A stretch of DNA of 54,804 bases, from IMG/VR virus record IMGVR_UViG_3300012920_000051, positions 1 through 54,804 of that record; one strand, given 5' to 3'. The position numbers and the translations under genes are program-made. Positions 35,563 through 45,241 of this stretch are shown here, piece by piece (position 1 is the first letter of the stretch; every line of letters begins with the position of its first letter). Source of the stretch: a virus (taxonomy: Duplodnaviria > Caudoviricetes). The notes below the pieces were generated by a model. It saw only the letters and a program-made list of their open reading frames with translations. It was not told the DNA's origin and did no database searches.

Positions 35563-38500
35563 ATGGCGGCATTCGATCCGTTTAATTACGATGTCGAGGT
35601 AGATACCTCCAAAGCTAAAGAAGCCGTCGATAAGCTCAACGAGAGCATAGATAAGCTCAACGAGCAGCTTGAAAAGAGCGAAAAGGACTTAGCAGCTGAA
35701 GAACAAGCGGTCGCTAACCTCGTTAACGGCATCAACAAGGCCAACAATGTAGTAGAGCAATTCAAATCTGGATTTGACCGACTACATGCGAGCACTTCCG
35801 GTGCATTTAGAGAGTCATCCTCTGCCATGACGAGCGTTAACATCGTCTTGGGTAGAACAGGTATGCTCAACGCTAAACTCGCCTCACAGCAGATGGCTAA
35901 TCTGAGGCAACTAAACGGAACCGTAAAAGGGACAACAAATACCTTTCAAGTGCACGCCACTAATTTAGCAAAAGACTATGAGCTCATCGAGAGTAAAGTG
36001 GCCAAGCTCGCAAAGACCACACAATTCTCGTATGTAGAGATCGCGAACATGTTCGCGCAACTCAAGCAGGCGGGCTTAACGACGAACGCCATCATCAACC
36101 CTTTAGAGAATGCAAAAGCCTCGATATTAGAGGCTACTTTGGCGCTTAGCGCCGCGTCTCGCGGACAGCTGTCTCTCGCCGAATCAGGACGCTTGCTTGT
36201 CCTTAGCGCAAACTCTGTTGGTGGCGGATTAGGCGAGGTTGCGAATAACGCCTCTCGTATGTTGCGCTTGATCAACAACGCAGACATTGGCTTTAAAGAC
36301 CTAAAGATCTCAATGGAGGGTCTTGCAGGTGCCGGGGCTAACTTGTTCCCTTCTAGTAAGCCCTCTGAAATCTTAGGAATCTTAGGCGCACTCACGACCG
36401 CAGGTCGATCTCCTGCGTTTGCAGCACAAGACATCGTTGGCATGGGTCGCGCCATGAACAACTTGATCTCTACCATAATGGTATACGAGGACAAGCAACT
36501 AGGCAGTCGTAGCGCGTTCGCTAAGGTCAATAAAGTAGGTGATCTAAAAGATCGGGTAGGCACCCGTATGAGCATGAAGCTCTTTGCGCTCGAGGAGCTT
36601 GGCCTTCTTAATCAGGCTCACTTTTTGAACTTTATGAGCGACCGCATAGATTTAGGCAACTTAGAGAATTTCACATCAGGTAGAGGACAAAGCAGGAGAC
36701 TCGATCCGCAAAAATTAAAAGCTGCGGCGCCAATCTTAGCAGATCGAAATCCCGGCACCCAAGCAGGCGGTTATAACTTTATGCCTGCTGATGACGGACT
36801 TGGAGGACAACGACTCCTCGCTGTCCGTAAAGATGTTGGTGGTAAGCAGAGACCAATCCGTGACATCTTCAACATGATCACATTGGCTAAGGCGATTAAG
36901 ACCGCTGATATTGCTCGGGTCGGTAAGCTCACTGGAGCCATGCTCGACACTCAGCTTACCGTCAACAAGATTGATGGCGAGCAAATCGAAACTACCTTTG
37001 GCCAAGTAATGAATCTTGGGTTAAACCAAGGCGTCTTAAAGGATGCACAGAGCATTAGTGGGTTCAAAGATGTAGGCGACCTGTTACTCCGCTCTCGTAA
37101 AAATGTAGACCCAAACACAGGGAAAACGCTTGGACCTGATACGGGAGTTTTAGGCCCAAAGCAGTTTGAGGCGCTTCTATATAAGGCATTAGGTACGCAA
37201 CAGGCGGTCAATCTCCTGAAGGGTATTCAATTATACGAGGATCGCCTTAACGAGATGGACGCCGGGGGGAACTTTAATAAATTCTTAGACGATTTGCAGG
37301 ACGTAGCCGACGAAAAGGATGCTCAAGCCGTATTCCGCGCAGAGGCTACCGCGCTACAAGACTTAGAGGGACAAACGAGACTGCTTGAGGCTGCCCAATT
37401 CTCGTTGCGCGAGGGCATTGGACAAGTAACGGGTGGGTTCGACCTGTTTGTGACTAAGACCGCTGTGAACGTCGTAAACGGCATCGACGACGTTATCCGC
37501 TCTAGTGGAGGGCTTAACTTCGCCATTGGCGGGATGACTACTTCGATACGTGGATTCGCTACAGTGGGTCTTGCGCTATCGGGTACGCTCGCGACGCTGT
37601 TTAGCCTCGCGCAGATTCAACGATCATCTGCGCTCTTGTTTGGCGGAGACATGAAAAAAGCCTTTGCTATGATCCAGCCGATGATCGGCATATTGGGTAA
37701 ATTTGCCGTGGTAGCCGGGGCCGCGACTCTTGTGTTCTTTAGCTTAGGCGAGGCTTTTGCATTCATGTCATCAGGAAGCGGGGGATCACTGCTCAAAGGC
37801 ATCGCAGACACGCTCTCTGAGCTGACAAGAGTCTTTGTTGATGGGATCATACCTATCATCGCTTCAGGAGACGCTGAGAGGCACGTACAGGCCATCGCTC
37901 AGGTGACTTCGCATCTTACAAAGGGGCAGGGCGAGTTCTTCCGAATGATCGCTACTGCGCTGATTGATATTAAGCAGTTCTTGGGAGACGTATTTACAGG
38001 CTTCAAATTCGTGTTTGGTTTTGTAGGCACTGTTGTGATTACTGCGTTTACGGCCTTCGCAAAGATTTTGTACATCGCTGTGGGCTTCATTATATCTTTG
38101 GTTAGCCACGCGAGGAGATTCATCGCAGATATCACCAAAAACTTTGTTCCTCAGGTGGACAAAATGGGGTTGTCTCTTTCTTATCTTAACGACGAAGGTT
38201 CTAAAAATAACATAATCATGAGAGGACTCGCTATTATTATTGGTATTGTCGCGGGCTCTTATCTCCTTGTAGCGACTTATACTAAGGCTGCGGCGATTAT
38301 TACTTCTGTTTGGACAGGGGTAACTGAGATCGCCACTGTTGTATCGGCTGCTTATGGCGGTGTTCTTAATTTTCTCACACTGTCATCTAATGCGTTTACT
38401 ATCTCTCTTAAGAGTGGGTTGGTGGCTGGAGCTCTGTTTCTAGTCGCCTTGTACTACTTATGGGAGTATGGAGATAGGGCGGGGAAGGTTATGGCAGTGA

Positions 38501-39036
38501 TCGCAGTGATCACTGCGGCGGCTAGTATTGCTTTCTACGTCTTTGGCGGAGCTGGTTACTTCGCTGGAGCGCCGATACTGCTAATCGTAGGCGCGATTGG
38601 CCTGCTAGTAACGGGTTTGGTGTTGCTCATTGATTATATTGGCCAAGCTACAGGTTGGTTCAACTTGTTTGGAGAATCTGCTGATAACGCAGGAGATAGT
38701 GTAGCGTCTGCTAAAGGAAAAATCGGAGGTGATAAAAAAGTTTCTGCGACCTCTGAGCTTGAAGAGGGTCTTGCTAAGCTTAACGCTCAGGCGATGCCTG
38801 AGATGCCTACTATACCTGAAGATGTGTCTGCGCTCACTGCGCCTACTCAGGGAATGGGCAGTTCAATAGCGAAGACTAGTCGCGTACAGATGGAAAACTA
38901 TTTCACCATCACCGCGAACACAAATGTAGACCAATTAGACCCACAGGTGGCAAGATCTATTGGCGAACAAATCGCCCCCTTCGTCATCAAAGAATTAGAG
39001 AGTATCTACGACTTAGGGCCGACGCGCGTCGGGTAA
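35563..39036 (+). CDS. Tape measure protein
   Basis: 1157 aa, Ala/Gly-rich and helical; LAKTTQFS motif; C-terminal hydrophobic segments; synteny. Confidence 0.9.
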   Translation: MAAFDPFNYDVEVDTSKAKEAVDKLNESIDKLNEQLEKSEKDLAAEEQAVANLVNGINKANNVVEQFKSGFDRLHASTSGAFRESSSAMTSVNIVLGRTGMLNAKLASQQMANLRQLNGTVKGTTNTFQVHATNLAKDYELIESKVAKLAKTTQFSYVEIANMFAQLKQAGLTTNAIINPLENAKASILEATLALSAASRGQLSLAESGRLLVLSANSVGGGLGEVANNASRMLRLINNADIGFKDLKISMEGLAGAGANLFPSSKPSEILGILGALTTAGRSPAFAAQDIVGMGRAMNNLISTIMVYEDKQLGSRSAFAKVNKVGDLKDRVGTRMSMKLFALEELGLLNQAHFLNFMSDRIDLGNLENFTSGRGQSRRLDPQKLKAAAPILADRNPGTQAGGYNFMPADDGLGGQRLLAVRKDVGGKQRPIRDIFNMITLAKAIKTADIARVGKLTGAMLDTQLTVNKIDGEQIETTFGQVMNLGLNQGVLKDAQSISGFKDVGDLLLRSRKNVDPNTGKTLGPDTGVLGPKQFEALLYKALGTQQAVNLLKGIQLYEDRLNEMDAGGNFNKFLDDLQDVADEKDAQAVFRAEATALQDLEGQTRLLEAAQFSLREGIGQVTGGFDLFVTKTAVNVVNGIDDVIRSSGGLNFAIGGMTTSIRGFATVGLALSGTLATLFSLAQIQRSSALLFGGDMKKAFAMIQPMIGILGKFAVVAGAATLVFFSLGEAFAFMSSGSGGSLLKGIADTLSELTRVFVDGIIPIIASGDAERHVQAIAQVTSHLTKGQGEFFRMIATALIDIKQFLGDVFTGFKFVFGFVGTVVITAFTAFAKILYIAVGFIISLVSHARRFIADITKNFVPQVDKMGLSLSYLNDEGSKNNIIMRGLAIIIGIVAGSYLLVATYTKAAAIITSVWTGVTEIATVVSAAYGGVLNFLTLSSNAFTISLKSGLVAGALFLVALYYLWEYGDRAGKVMAVIAVITAAASIAFYVFGGAGYFAGAPILLIVGAIGLLVTGLVLLIDYIGQATGWFNLFGESADNAGDSVASAKGKIGGDKKVSATSELEEGLAKLNAQAMPEMPTIPEDVSALTAPTQGMGSSIAKTSRVQMENYFTITANTNVDQLDPQVARSIGEQIAPFVIKELESIYDLGPTRVG

Positions 39037-39037
39037 A

Positions 39038-39066
39038 AGTTATATAAAACTACCGTTGAATATGTA
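39038..39066 (+). promoter_or_regulatory. Motif B copy
   Basis: AGTTATATAAAACTACCGTTGAATATGTA. Confidence 0.8.
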
Positions 39067-39080
39067 ATAAGGAAACAGAC

Positions 39081-39584
39081 ATGCCGAACCCGCAACTCGT
39101 AAAAGGCCAACTAATACCTTTCGACCCTGTTACTAGGGAAATCACGGGTCGCGATGTTCGCTTCCTGTATAACCCTAATAAGGTCACGACTGAGCATAAC
39201 CCTGCTTATAGATTTGGTACAGCGATCACAGGCAATCAAGCATTCGCTCAATTTGGTGCTATGTCTCCACAGACCATCTCTTTTAATCTGTTCCTCAGAA
39301 CAGGAGATCACATATCCTCTGATACGTCCGACATCACAGGACTAATGCAGGATCTAAACTATTTGGCCACACCTCTTCGCCCTAATCAGAGTCCTCCTAT
39401 GTGCTATCTACATATGGGACAGCTGATACCTGCTATCGTAACCAACGGCGAGTCAAGCGATATTGACGTCGTGTTGGGTGTTGTCTCTCGGCTATCTTTG
39501 AACGTCACTCAAATGAGCACTAATCTGTATCCGACACAAGCAACGGCGAGTATCAAATTCACCATCTCTAGGAGGCGCATATGA
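39081..39584 (+). CDS. Baseplate tube-initiator protein (Pvc7/Afp7-like)
   Basis: F.YNP..V, QF....TISFNLF, PP.C...G and P.QATASIKF motifs. Confidence 0.75.
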   Translation: MPNPQLVKGQLIPFDPVTREITGRDVRFLYNPNKVTTEHNPAYRFGTAITGNQAFAQFGAMSPQTISFNLFLRTGDHISSDTSDITGLMQDLNYLATPLRPNQSPPMCYLHMGQLIPAIVTNGESSDIDVVLGVVSRLSLNVTQMSTNLYPTQATASIKFTISRRRI

Positions 39585-39898
39585 GCGTTCAGTTTACCGA
39601 ATCACGCTACATGAGACAAGACTTCGTGACTAACTATGCGGTGGTCTCTGAGAGCCCTATTCGCTTCCGCGCTGATACCGTTCCCGCCTCTAGGGTCACT
39701 ACTCTTAAGGTCGGCGGTGATGTATACATCGCGATCGAAGGCGAGCGATATAGAGACATCGCCGTGTCTGTGTATGGAGAGGATCATTATTGGTGGATTC
39801 TATGCGATGCCAACCCAGGCATTCCTTTAGATAATGGCTTGTTTGGCCTGCAAGCCGGGGCTGCTGTTATCGTACCATCTAAGGAGATCGTCTTGTGA
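39581..39898 (+). CDS. LysM-like baseplate protein (tail X / gp53-like)
   Basis: EGERYRDIAVSVYGEDHYWWILCDAN. Confidence 0.8.
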   Translation: MSVQFTESRYMRQDFVTNYAVVSESPIRFRADTVPASRVTTLKVGGDVYIAIEGERYRDIAVSVYGEDHYWWILCDANPGIPLDNGLFGLQAGAAVIVPSKEIVL

Positions 39899-41610
39899 GG
39901 TCAAAACAAACAGAGCTGAAGATATTCTCTCGCGATACCGTCGTTGAGACTAACCCATATATTAATATTGAGGTAGTTAAGGCACAAGGCTCTACAAGTA
40001 CAGGAATGATCTCTCCATTTCTTAGAGAACGCTTGCATAGCTTTAAAATGGTGCTTGACCGCAGGAAGCGCCCGAAGGCTACCGCTGTCTTTCAATTCGA
40101 AGACTTTAAGGTCTTAAACCCGTCTCAGCAGTCTACTATTGTGGTGAACGATGTGTCTTTGGGCAATAATATTGTCCCTCATGAGAAAATCCCTGATTTA
40201 GACGTATACGACGTGGGTGCCGATATCTTAAGCGAGATCATGCCTTTAGACGCATCCGTTAAAATCCATCTAGGGTATGTCAACTCATACAAAGAGTTTG
40301 GCCCTTTTGATGTTGTAGAGCATGATGTGCGTTATCGTCGTGGCGGGTCTGAGGTCACTGTTCAATTCGAGGCTTTTGGCAGATCTAAGAGCTCCACTAA
40401 CCAAGAGGTGTTCTCTAATGGCTCTATCTATGATGTACTCGCGCAATTAGCATCACGAGAAGGTTTATCGCTCGCGTTCACAAAGAGAGAACTAACTGAG
40501 CTTGTCAAACAGGCTGCCCTTAACACAGACGAATATTTTAGCTCCCCTGTTACCGATGACCAACAGATCTTTAACGCCCTAGATCAATTAACCGCGTTGG
40601 AGCTTGAGAAGTATCTTGACGTAAGCCCTGAGAGTCCGATCATCATCCCGGCAGGACACATCGCCATTCAACAACTGCATTCTATATTCGCCAATCTAGG
40701 GCTTACAATTAACGTCGCTCCTGATGGGCGTATTGACGCGCAGAGCATCTTCTCTACGCCTACTAATCCTCTGATACGCCTCGTCTATGGTGAAGAGTTA
40801 ATACACCCACAAACAGGGGATGTGACTCAACCCAATGTGAGCGACATTAACTTTGAGGTGTCTAAGCCTAAGATGTCTTATTTAAAGAAGCTCGTTAATC
40901 GCGCCGTTAACAACGCCGTAGGAGCAAAAGGCAATCGTCAAAAGATGAATGGACGGCAAGTTACTGGACAAATCCCTGTCTCTGGAACTACGGCCTCAAA
41001 TCCTGTTACTAACACTAAGGGCAATACAGGGTCTACTTCGTCGAATGCTTCTGTCCCCAATACGCCTCAGACTAAAATTACAGCAGACAAACAGAGTTAT
41101 CTTAAGACGACTATCGCGCGAAGACGCTTAAAAGGAGAAGTGCTGTCGGCAAAAGTTACGCTCATGACCGGAACGCCTATCCCTTTGCCTTTGTATGCCG
41201 TAGAGGTGCTTTTAGACAGCACTTATTACTCTGGTAAGTACATTATAGATAACGTGACTCACAACTTGTCCAACACAGGATATAAGACCTCACTTAAGCT
41301 TATTAGACCGCCCAAGAAAAAGAAAAAAGGCAAGCCTTCGTCAAACGCCATGCAGACAATGAATGGGCGACAGGTAACTGGGCAGATTCCTGTTGCTTCG
41401 ACAACAGCCCCTAGTCCTGCGCCTACAACGCCCACTCCTACGCCTCCTCAGACGCCTACGCCCGCGCAGAGTGCGCCACCGCCTGCGTCGAAGAACGAAA
41501 AATTAGGCTCTGTGAGAACGCAAGAACTATCAAAAGAAGCAGATAGCGACTATGAGAGATACAAGCGTGAGAGGCAAGCAGCACAAAAGGCAGAGCAAGG
41601 ACAGAACTAA
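39895..41610 (+). CDS. Baseplate hub (GPD / gp27-like) with Pro/Thr-rich insertions
   Basis: I.LGY and YSGKYIIDNVTHNLSNTGYKTSL motifs; synteny. Confidence 0.75.
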   Translation: MRSKQTELKIFSRDTVVETNPYINIEVVKAQGSTSTGMISPFLRERLHSFKMVLDRRKRPKATAVFQFEDFKVLNPSQQSTIVVNDVSLGNNIVPHEKIPDLDVYDVGADILSEIMPLDASVKIHLGYVNSYKEFGPFDVVEHDVRYRRGGSEVTVQFEAFGRSKSSTNQEVFSNGSIYDVLAQLASREGLSLAFTKRELTELVKQAALNTDEYFSSPVTDDQQIFNALDQLTALELEKYLDVSPESPIIIPAGHIAIQQLHSIFANLGLTINVAPDGRIDAQSIFSTPTNPLIRLVYGEELIHPQTGDVTQPNVSDINFEVSKPKMSYLKKLVNRAVNNAVGAKGNRQKMNGRQVTGQIPVSGTTASNPVTNTKGNTGSTSSNASVPNTPQTKITADKQSYLKTTIARRRLKGEVLSAKVTLMTGTPIPLPLYAVEVLLDSTYYSGKYIIDNVTHNLSNTGYKTSLKLIRPPKKKKKGKPSSNAMQTMNGRQVTGQIPVASTTAPSPAPTTPTPTPPQTPTPAQSAPPPASKNEKLGSVRTQELSKEADSDYERYKRERQAAQKAEQGQN

Positions 41611-43007
41611 TGTTTGGACCTACACAGATCGCTGAATCTTTAGAAGGGAGGCACTATGGCTTCCACGCAAGCGTCGTTAAAGAGATTGACGATCCAGAGT
41701 TATTGGGCCGCATTCGGGTCTTGTGTCACTCTGCTTACGGCGATAGCTTATCGCCTTGGGTGATGCCCTGTTTCCCTTTTGGCTTAGGCGTAGGAACAGG
41801 ATCTGTGTCTATACCGCCTGTAGACAGCTATGTTTGGATTACGTTTGAAGAGGGATCATTGGAGTCTCCGATTTACATTGGAGGGTTCGCGCTCACTGCC
41901 GATCTAGGGCGTGATTCGGACGGAACGCTCTTAGAGGAATCTGATTCTCATCAGAACAACCAATCGCCTCTTCCTGTCCACGCTCAGGGCTTGCCTAATG
42001 GCTCTGATCTTGAGGGATGCGTCCGAAACTTCCGCAACGTGCCTCCATCTAGTTTTGCGGGTCAATATGGCAAGGTGAGCACGACGCGTACTCAATCGGG
42101 CCATGTAATAGAGCTCGACGACACTGAAGGTAATGAGCGCATCTTTATCCATCACGGCGCTTCGGGTACCTACTACGAGATACGTCCAGATGGGACGATA
42201 TGCGAGGTTACAGAGGCGTCTAAGGTCATCTATAATGGAGGGCAATCATCTGTCCACTCAGGGCCATCTGATGCGTCCTATGATGATGAGATGACTGAGG
42301 TGTTTGGAGGCGCGTACAGCGGAACGTACTTATCGAGATTTGCTGTTCGTTTTGGATTAGATGATGACTCGCCTTCTGTTTCGATAGACTCAGGGATTGT
42401 CCGCGCTGAGGTCAATGACCTTACTATGAACGTCACAGGCTCTGCTTTACTATCTGCGTTCTCTTCTGTGGATATAAACGCGGGGGATGGCGTGACTGTT
42501 ACAAGCGGGGGATCACGGACTGATTTATCTGTTGCGGATCATAAGATCACTGCGCTTAATGGGTATGACCCCACGCAACTTAGCAACGGAATAGAGATTT
42601 CTTCACAGGGTGGTGGGCTATCCGCGACAAGCTCCGACCCTACGGGGTCGATCTCATTAGGGATAGAGGCGTTTCAAATAAGCAACGACGTTGTGTTGGG
42701 TAATCTTTCGTTACCTTCTGCGACTAGGCGTTCTCCTGTGGCTATTCCTCTTCAAAAAGAGGGCGTTGTTATGGGTAGTCAACTACAACTCGCCCTTTCA
42801 GCGCTTATAGGCATCCTTGAGGTGTATGCCGGAACACTGTCATCGGGAGGCTCTACTCCTGGGTTTGGAGGGCCTAATCCTGTTTTGGCTACCGCTAACG
42901 TAGCGCTCGCCACAGAGCTTGGATTATGGGCATCCAAATACGCGACCCCGCTACCTCCTAGAGCTCAACCGTTCTATGCAAGCGATACTGTATTCGTGAG
43001 CAAATGA
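41610..43007 (+). CDS. Baseplate spike (gp5 / gpV / VgrG-like OB-fold plus beta-helix)
   Basis: DDPELLGRIRV, PPVDSYVWITFEEG...PIYIG and TQSGHVIELDDT.GNERI...H..GT motifs. Confidence 0.88.
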   Translation: MFGPTQIAESLEGRHYGFHASVVKEIDDPELLGRIRVLCHSAYGDSLSPWVMPCFPFGLGVGTGSVSIPPVDSYVWITFEEGSLESPIYIGGFALTADLGRDSDGTLLEESDSHQNNQSPLPVHAQGLPNGSDLEGCVRNFRNVPPSSFAGQYGKVSTTRTQSGHVIELDDTEGNERIFIHHGASGTYYEIRPDGTICEVTEASKVIYNGGQSSVHSGPSDASYDDEMTEVFGGAYSGTYLSRFAVRFGLDDDSPSVSIDSGIVRAEVNDLTMNVTGSALLSAFSSVDINAGDGVTVTSGGSRTDLSVADHKITALNGYDPTQLSNGIEISSQGGGLSATSSDPTGSISLGIEAFQISNDVVLGNLSLPSATRRSPVAIPLQKEGVVMGSQLQLALSALIGILEVYAGTLSSGGSTPGFGGPNPVLATANVALATELGLWASKYATPLPPRAQPFYASDTVFVSK

Positions 43008-43035
43008 CTTTTAGAAAACTACGGAGAAACCTGTC
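43007..43035 (+). promoter_or_regulatory. Motif B copy containing a GGAG RBS
   Basis: ACTTTTAGAAAACTACGGAGAAACCTGTC-ATG. Confidence 0.75.
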
Positions 43036-43980
43036 ATGTCATTAGCAGACAAACTACAACAGGCCGATATAACTAGCGTTGGGCAGGATATTCCCGCTAC
43101 TAGCCCTGCCTTTAAGGTTATACGTAAGCACGCAGAGGACTACGCCGACGCCATTAAGCAAGAGATTATTAAATCCGCGCCACAGGCGATCTCTACTACT
43201 GTGATTCAGCAGGTGCAAGGCGAAAGCTCTATAGATCTATCGGGCGCACAACCGAACGATTTGTTGACCGTCGTTGGTGGAGAGATTGCCTTTATACCGA
43301 GAGGCTCGCTCACTGAGCATCAACACCCGCCGCAAGAGATCCCCACGCCTTCGTTTATAGAAAGTGAGGACTCTGCGACAAGGGTTGATTCGTCCTCCGA
43401 AGAGGTACAGATCATAACGAACTCTCTTACGAGATTCACTGTTACTGATCAGGGTCATCTCCTCCCCATGTTAAACTCCCGATACGACTTGGGCAGCGCT
43501 GAGAGAAAGATTAGAAACCTCTACCTTAGCGACAACTCTCTGTACCTTGGCGACCATCACGTCTTTGCTGATAACAATCGGCCTTATTTTGATGACAAGG
43601 CAATAGACCGCGAGGTCTATACGTGGATGGCGTCTTTTGAGCCGAACTACGGGCAACTCGCATTCTACCCGATGTTTTCAGGACTTGGCAAGTTTGAGAT
43701 CGCGCACAAGAATATTAACCTAGAGTCTATTGCTGTATGGGTAATCACTGATGGGCAAAAGAGCGCCGACGTAACCATTCACATCGCATATGGGGCTACA
43801 GGATCTGAACAAACCTATAGCTTTACTGTGAGTGCCTCCGGCTCTGTCTCTTCGCAGGTATTCACTCCCGATAGCTCTGTGATCTTACTGAAGGGCCAAC
43901 TCGCCTCTATCTCTGCGTACTCTTCTATTCAGATCGACGCGATCGGCATATCTATGCGCTTAGTTGAAATTACAACTTAA
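43036..43980 (+). CDS. Putative short tail fibre / virion structural protein
   Basis: GHLLP..NSRYDLGSAERKIRNLYLSDNSLYLG fibre-like motif; beta-rich C-terminus. Confidence 0.6.
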   Translation: MSLADKLQQADITSVGQDIPATSPAFKVIRKHAEDYADAIKQEIIKSAPQAISTTVIQQVQGESSIDLSGAQPNDLLTVVGGEIAFIPRGSLTEHQHPPQEIPTPSFIESEDSATRVDSSSEEVQIITNSLTRFTVTDQGHLLPMLNSRYDLGSAERKIRNLYLSDNSLYLGDHHVFADNNRPYFDDKAIDREVYTWMASFEPNYGQLAFYPMFSGLGKFEIAHKNINLESIAVWVITDGQKSADVTIHIAYGATGSEQTYSFTVSASGSVSSQVFTPDSSVILLKGQLASISAYSSIQIDAIGISMRLVEITT

Positions 43981-43988
43981 AAATAAAT

Positions 43989-44017
43989 TTGCTAAGAAAA
44001 ACAGATCTTGTTATTAT
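43989..44017 (+). promoter_or_regulatory. Promoter class A: TTGCTA-N17-TATTAT
   Basis: AAATAAATTTGCTAAGAAAAACAGATCTTGTTATTAT, located inside the baseplate cluster. Confidence 0.85.
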
Positions 44018-44092
44018 ATATACATCTCATGTGATTAACCTTTAATAATAATCACTTACGATGTAACCCTTGTCTCAACGGAGATTAACTCT

Positions 44093-44605
44093 ATGACACA
44101 ATCATTATCTCAGCACATGTTCCCGCTGAGCGACGTTGCCCATAAGGGCCTTAATCCTGCACAGATGCATGCCTTAATCGCAGATAAACTGATCACTGAT
44201 GACTTCTCTTCTAAGGAGCGCTACGCCTTAGCGCCTTTTATTCGCATCATTGGCATTCCTGATAACTACCAAGAGATTTACTCTGCGATGTGGGATGAGA
44301 ATGTTGTTGATCGCGAGACGTTATTGTCTGTGATCTTCCACAGCCGAGAGGGTAGACGGCGCTTTGAGGCAATGACTGAGGAGCAACGTATCGCCACGGC
44401 TACGCCTTGGATCTATCCTATGATGGAGCTTGCTTCCGTTGAGGAGTTTCCGGCGCATGCACTTGCTTCGCTCTATAACGCTACGACTAAGAGGCACCGC
44501 CCCACTTTGGTTGCTAAGATGGAATCTATTCGTTACGCCGTAGGCGCTCCCACTTCTGTATATCGGCACTGTTTCTCGTTACAGGGCTTCGCGCTCCCTC
44601 ACTAA
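44093..44605 (+). CDS. Hypothetical early-type protein (moron-like insertion)
   Basis: GGAG RBS; has its own promoter A. Confidence 0.75.
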   Translation: MTQSLSQHMFPLSDVAHKGLNPAQMHALIADKLITDDFSSKERYALAPFIRIIGIPDNYQEIYSAMWDENVVDRETLLSVIFHSREGRRRFEAMTEEQRIATATPWIYPMMELASVEEFPAHALASLYNATTKRHRPTLVAKMESIRYAVGAPTSVYRHCFSLQGFALPH

Positions 44606-44615
44606 GGATATAATC

Positions 44616-44789
44616 ATGGCACAGTACATTAAATATGTTGACGGAGATGTTCTCCGAATTGACGTTCAGCGCAACGGCAACGAATGGGTTGTAAGAGTCT
44701 ACAATACAGATGATGAGGTGATTCATTACACTAAGTTTAGCTACAACCCCGACTTGAATGACATCAACAGCTCGTTGTACCTATGGTGA
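44616..44789 (+). CDS. Small hypothetical protein (57 aa)
   Basis: TAAGGA RBS; MAQYIKYVDGDVLRIDVQRNGNEWVVRVY...; below the ORF-track cutoff. Confidence 0.6.
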   Translation: MAQYIKYVDGDVLRIDVQRNGNEWVVRVYNTDDEVIHYTKFSYNPDLNDINSSLYLW

Positions 44790-44851
44790 CTATGTATTGA
44801 ATAACGTGTGTCTTTAAGGTAGCCTGAACTTGCTATCGAAAGGACACTGTT

Positions 44852-45241
44852 ATGACCCGCGACCAGGACTATAAGACGCTCTCTGAGAGACATTCGCCCT
44901 CTGGGTGGGGCGCTGTACAGACTCCTGAAGAGAGAAAAGTTTCCGAAAACTACCCTACAATCTGTAACGCAACGCCTCCTTGGGTCAAAAAGGGGCAGGA
45001 CGCAAAAACGTACCTCGCCCCGATTACTGAAACCTTTACTGAGATCAACCTCGCGTTGCGTGAAGATGAAACCGCTCTAGAGAATCTATCTCCTGAGAAG
45101 CTTGTTAATGCTATAACCCGCCTAACCGAAACGGCGGGTTTTGTTGTATCTGCTAAGGAGCTCGCTAAAGTAAGGGCTCTACTCGCGCTCGCTAACAAGG
45201 AGCAGACAGATGTCTCAAAGAGATTACGACACTCTAAGTGA
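44852..45241 (+). CDS. Hypothetical protein
   Basis: AAGGA RBS; contains a motif B copy. Confidence 0.7.
   Translation: MTRDQDYKTLSERHSPSGWGAVQTPEERKVSENYPTICNATPPWVKKGQDAKTYLAPITETFTEINLALREDETALENLSPEKLVNAITRLTETAGFVVSAKELAKVRALLALANKEQTDVSKRLRHSK
44938..44966 (+). promoter_or_regulatory. Motif B copy (intragenic)
   Basis: AGTTTCCGAAAACTACCCTACAATCTGTA. Confidence 0.75.
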
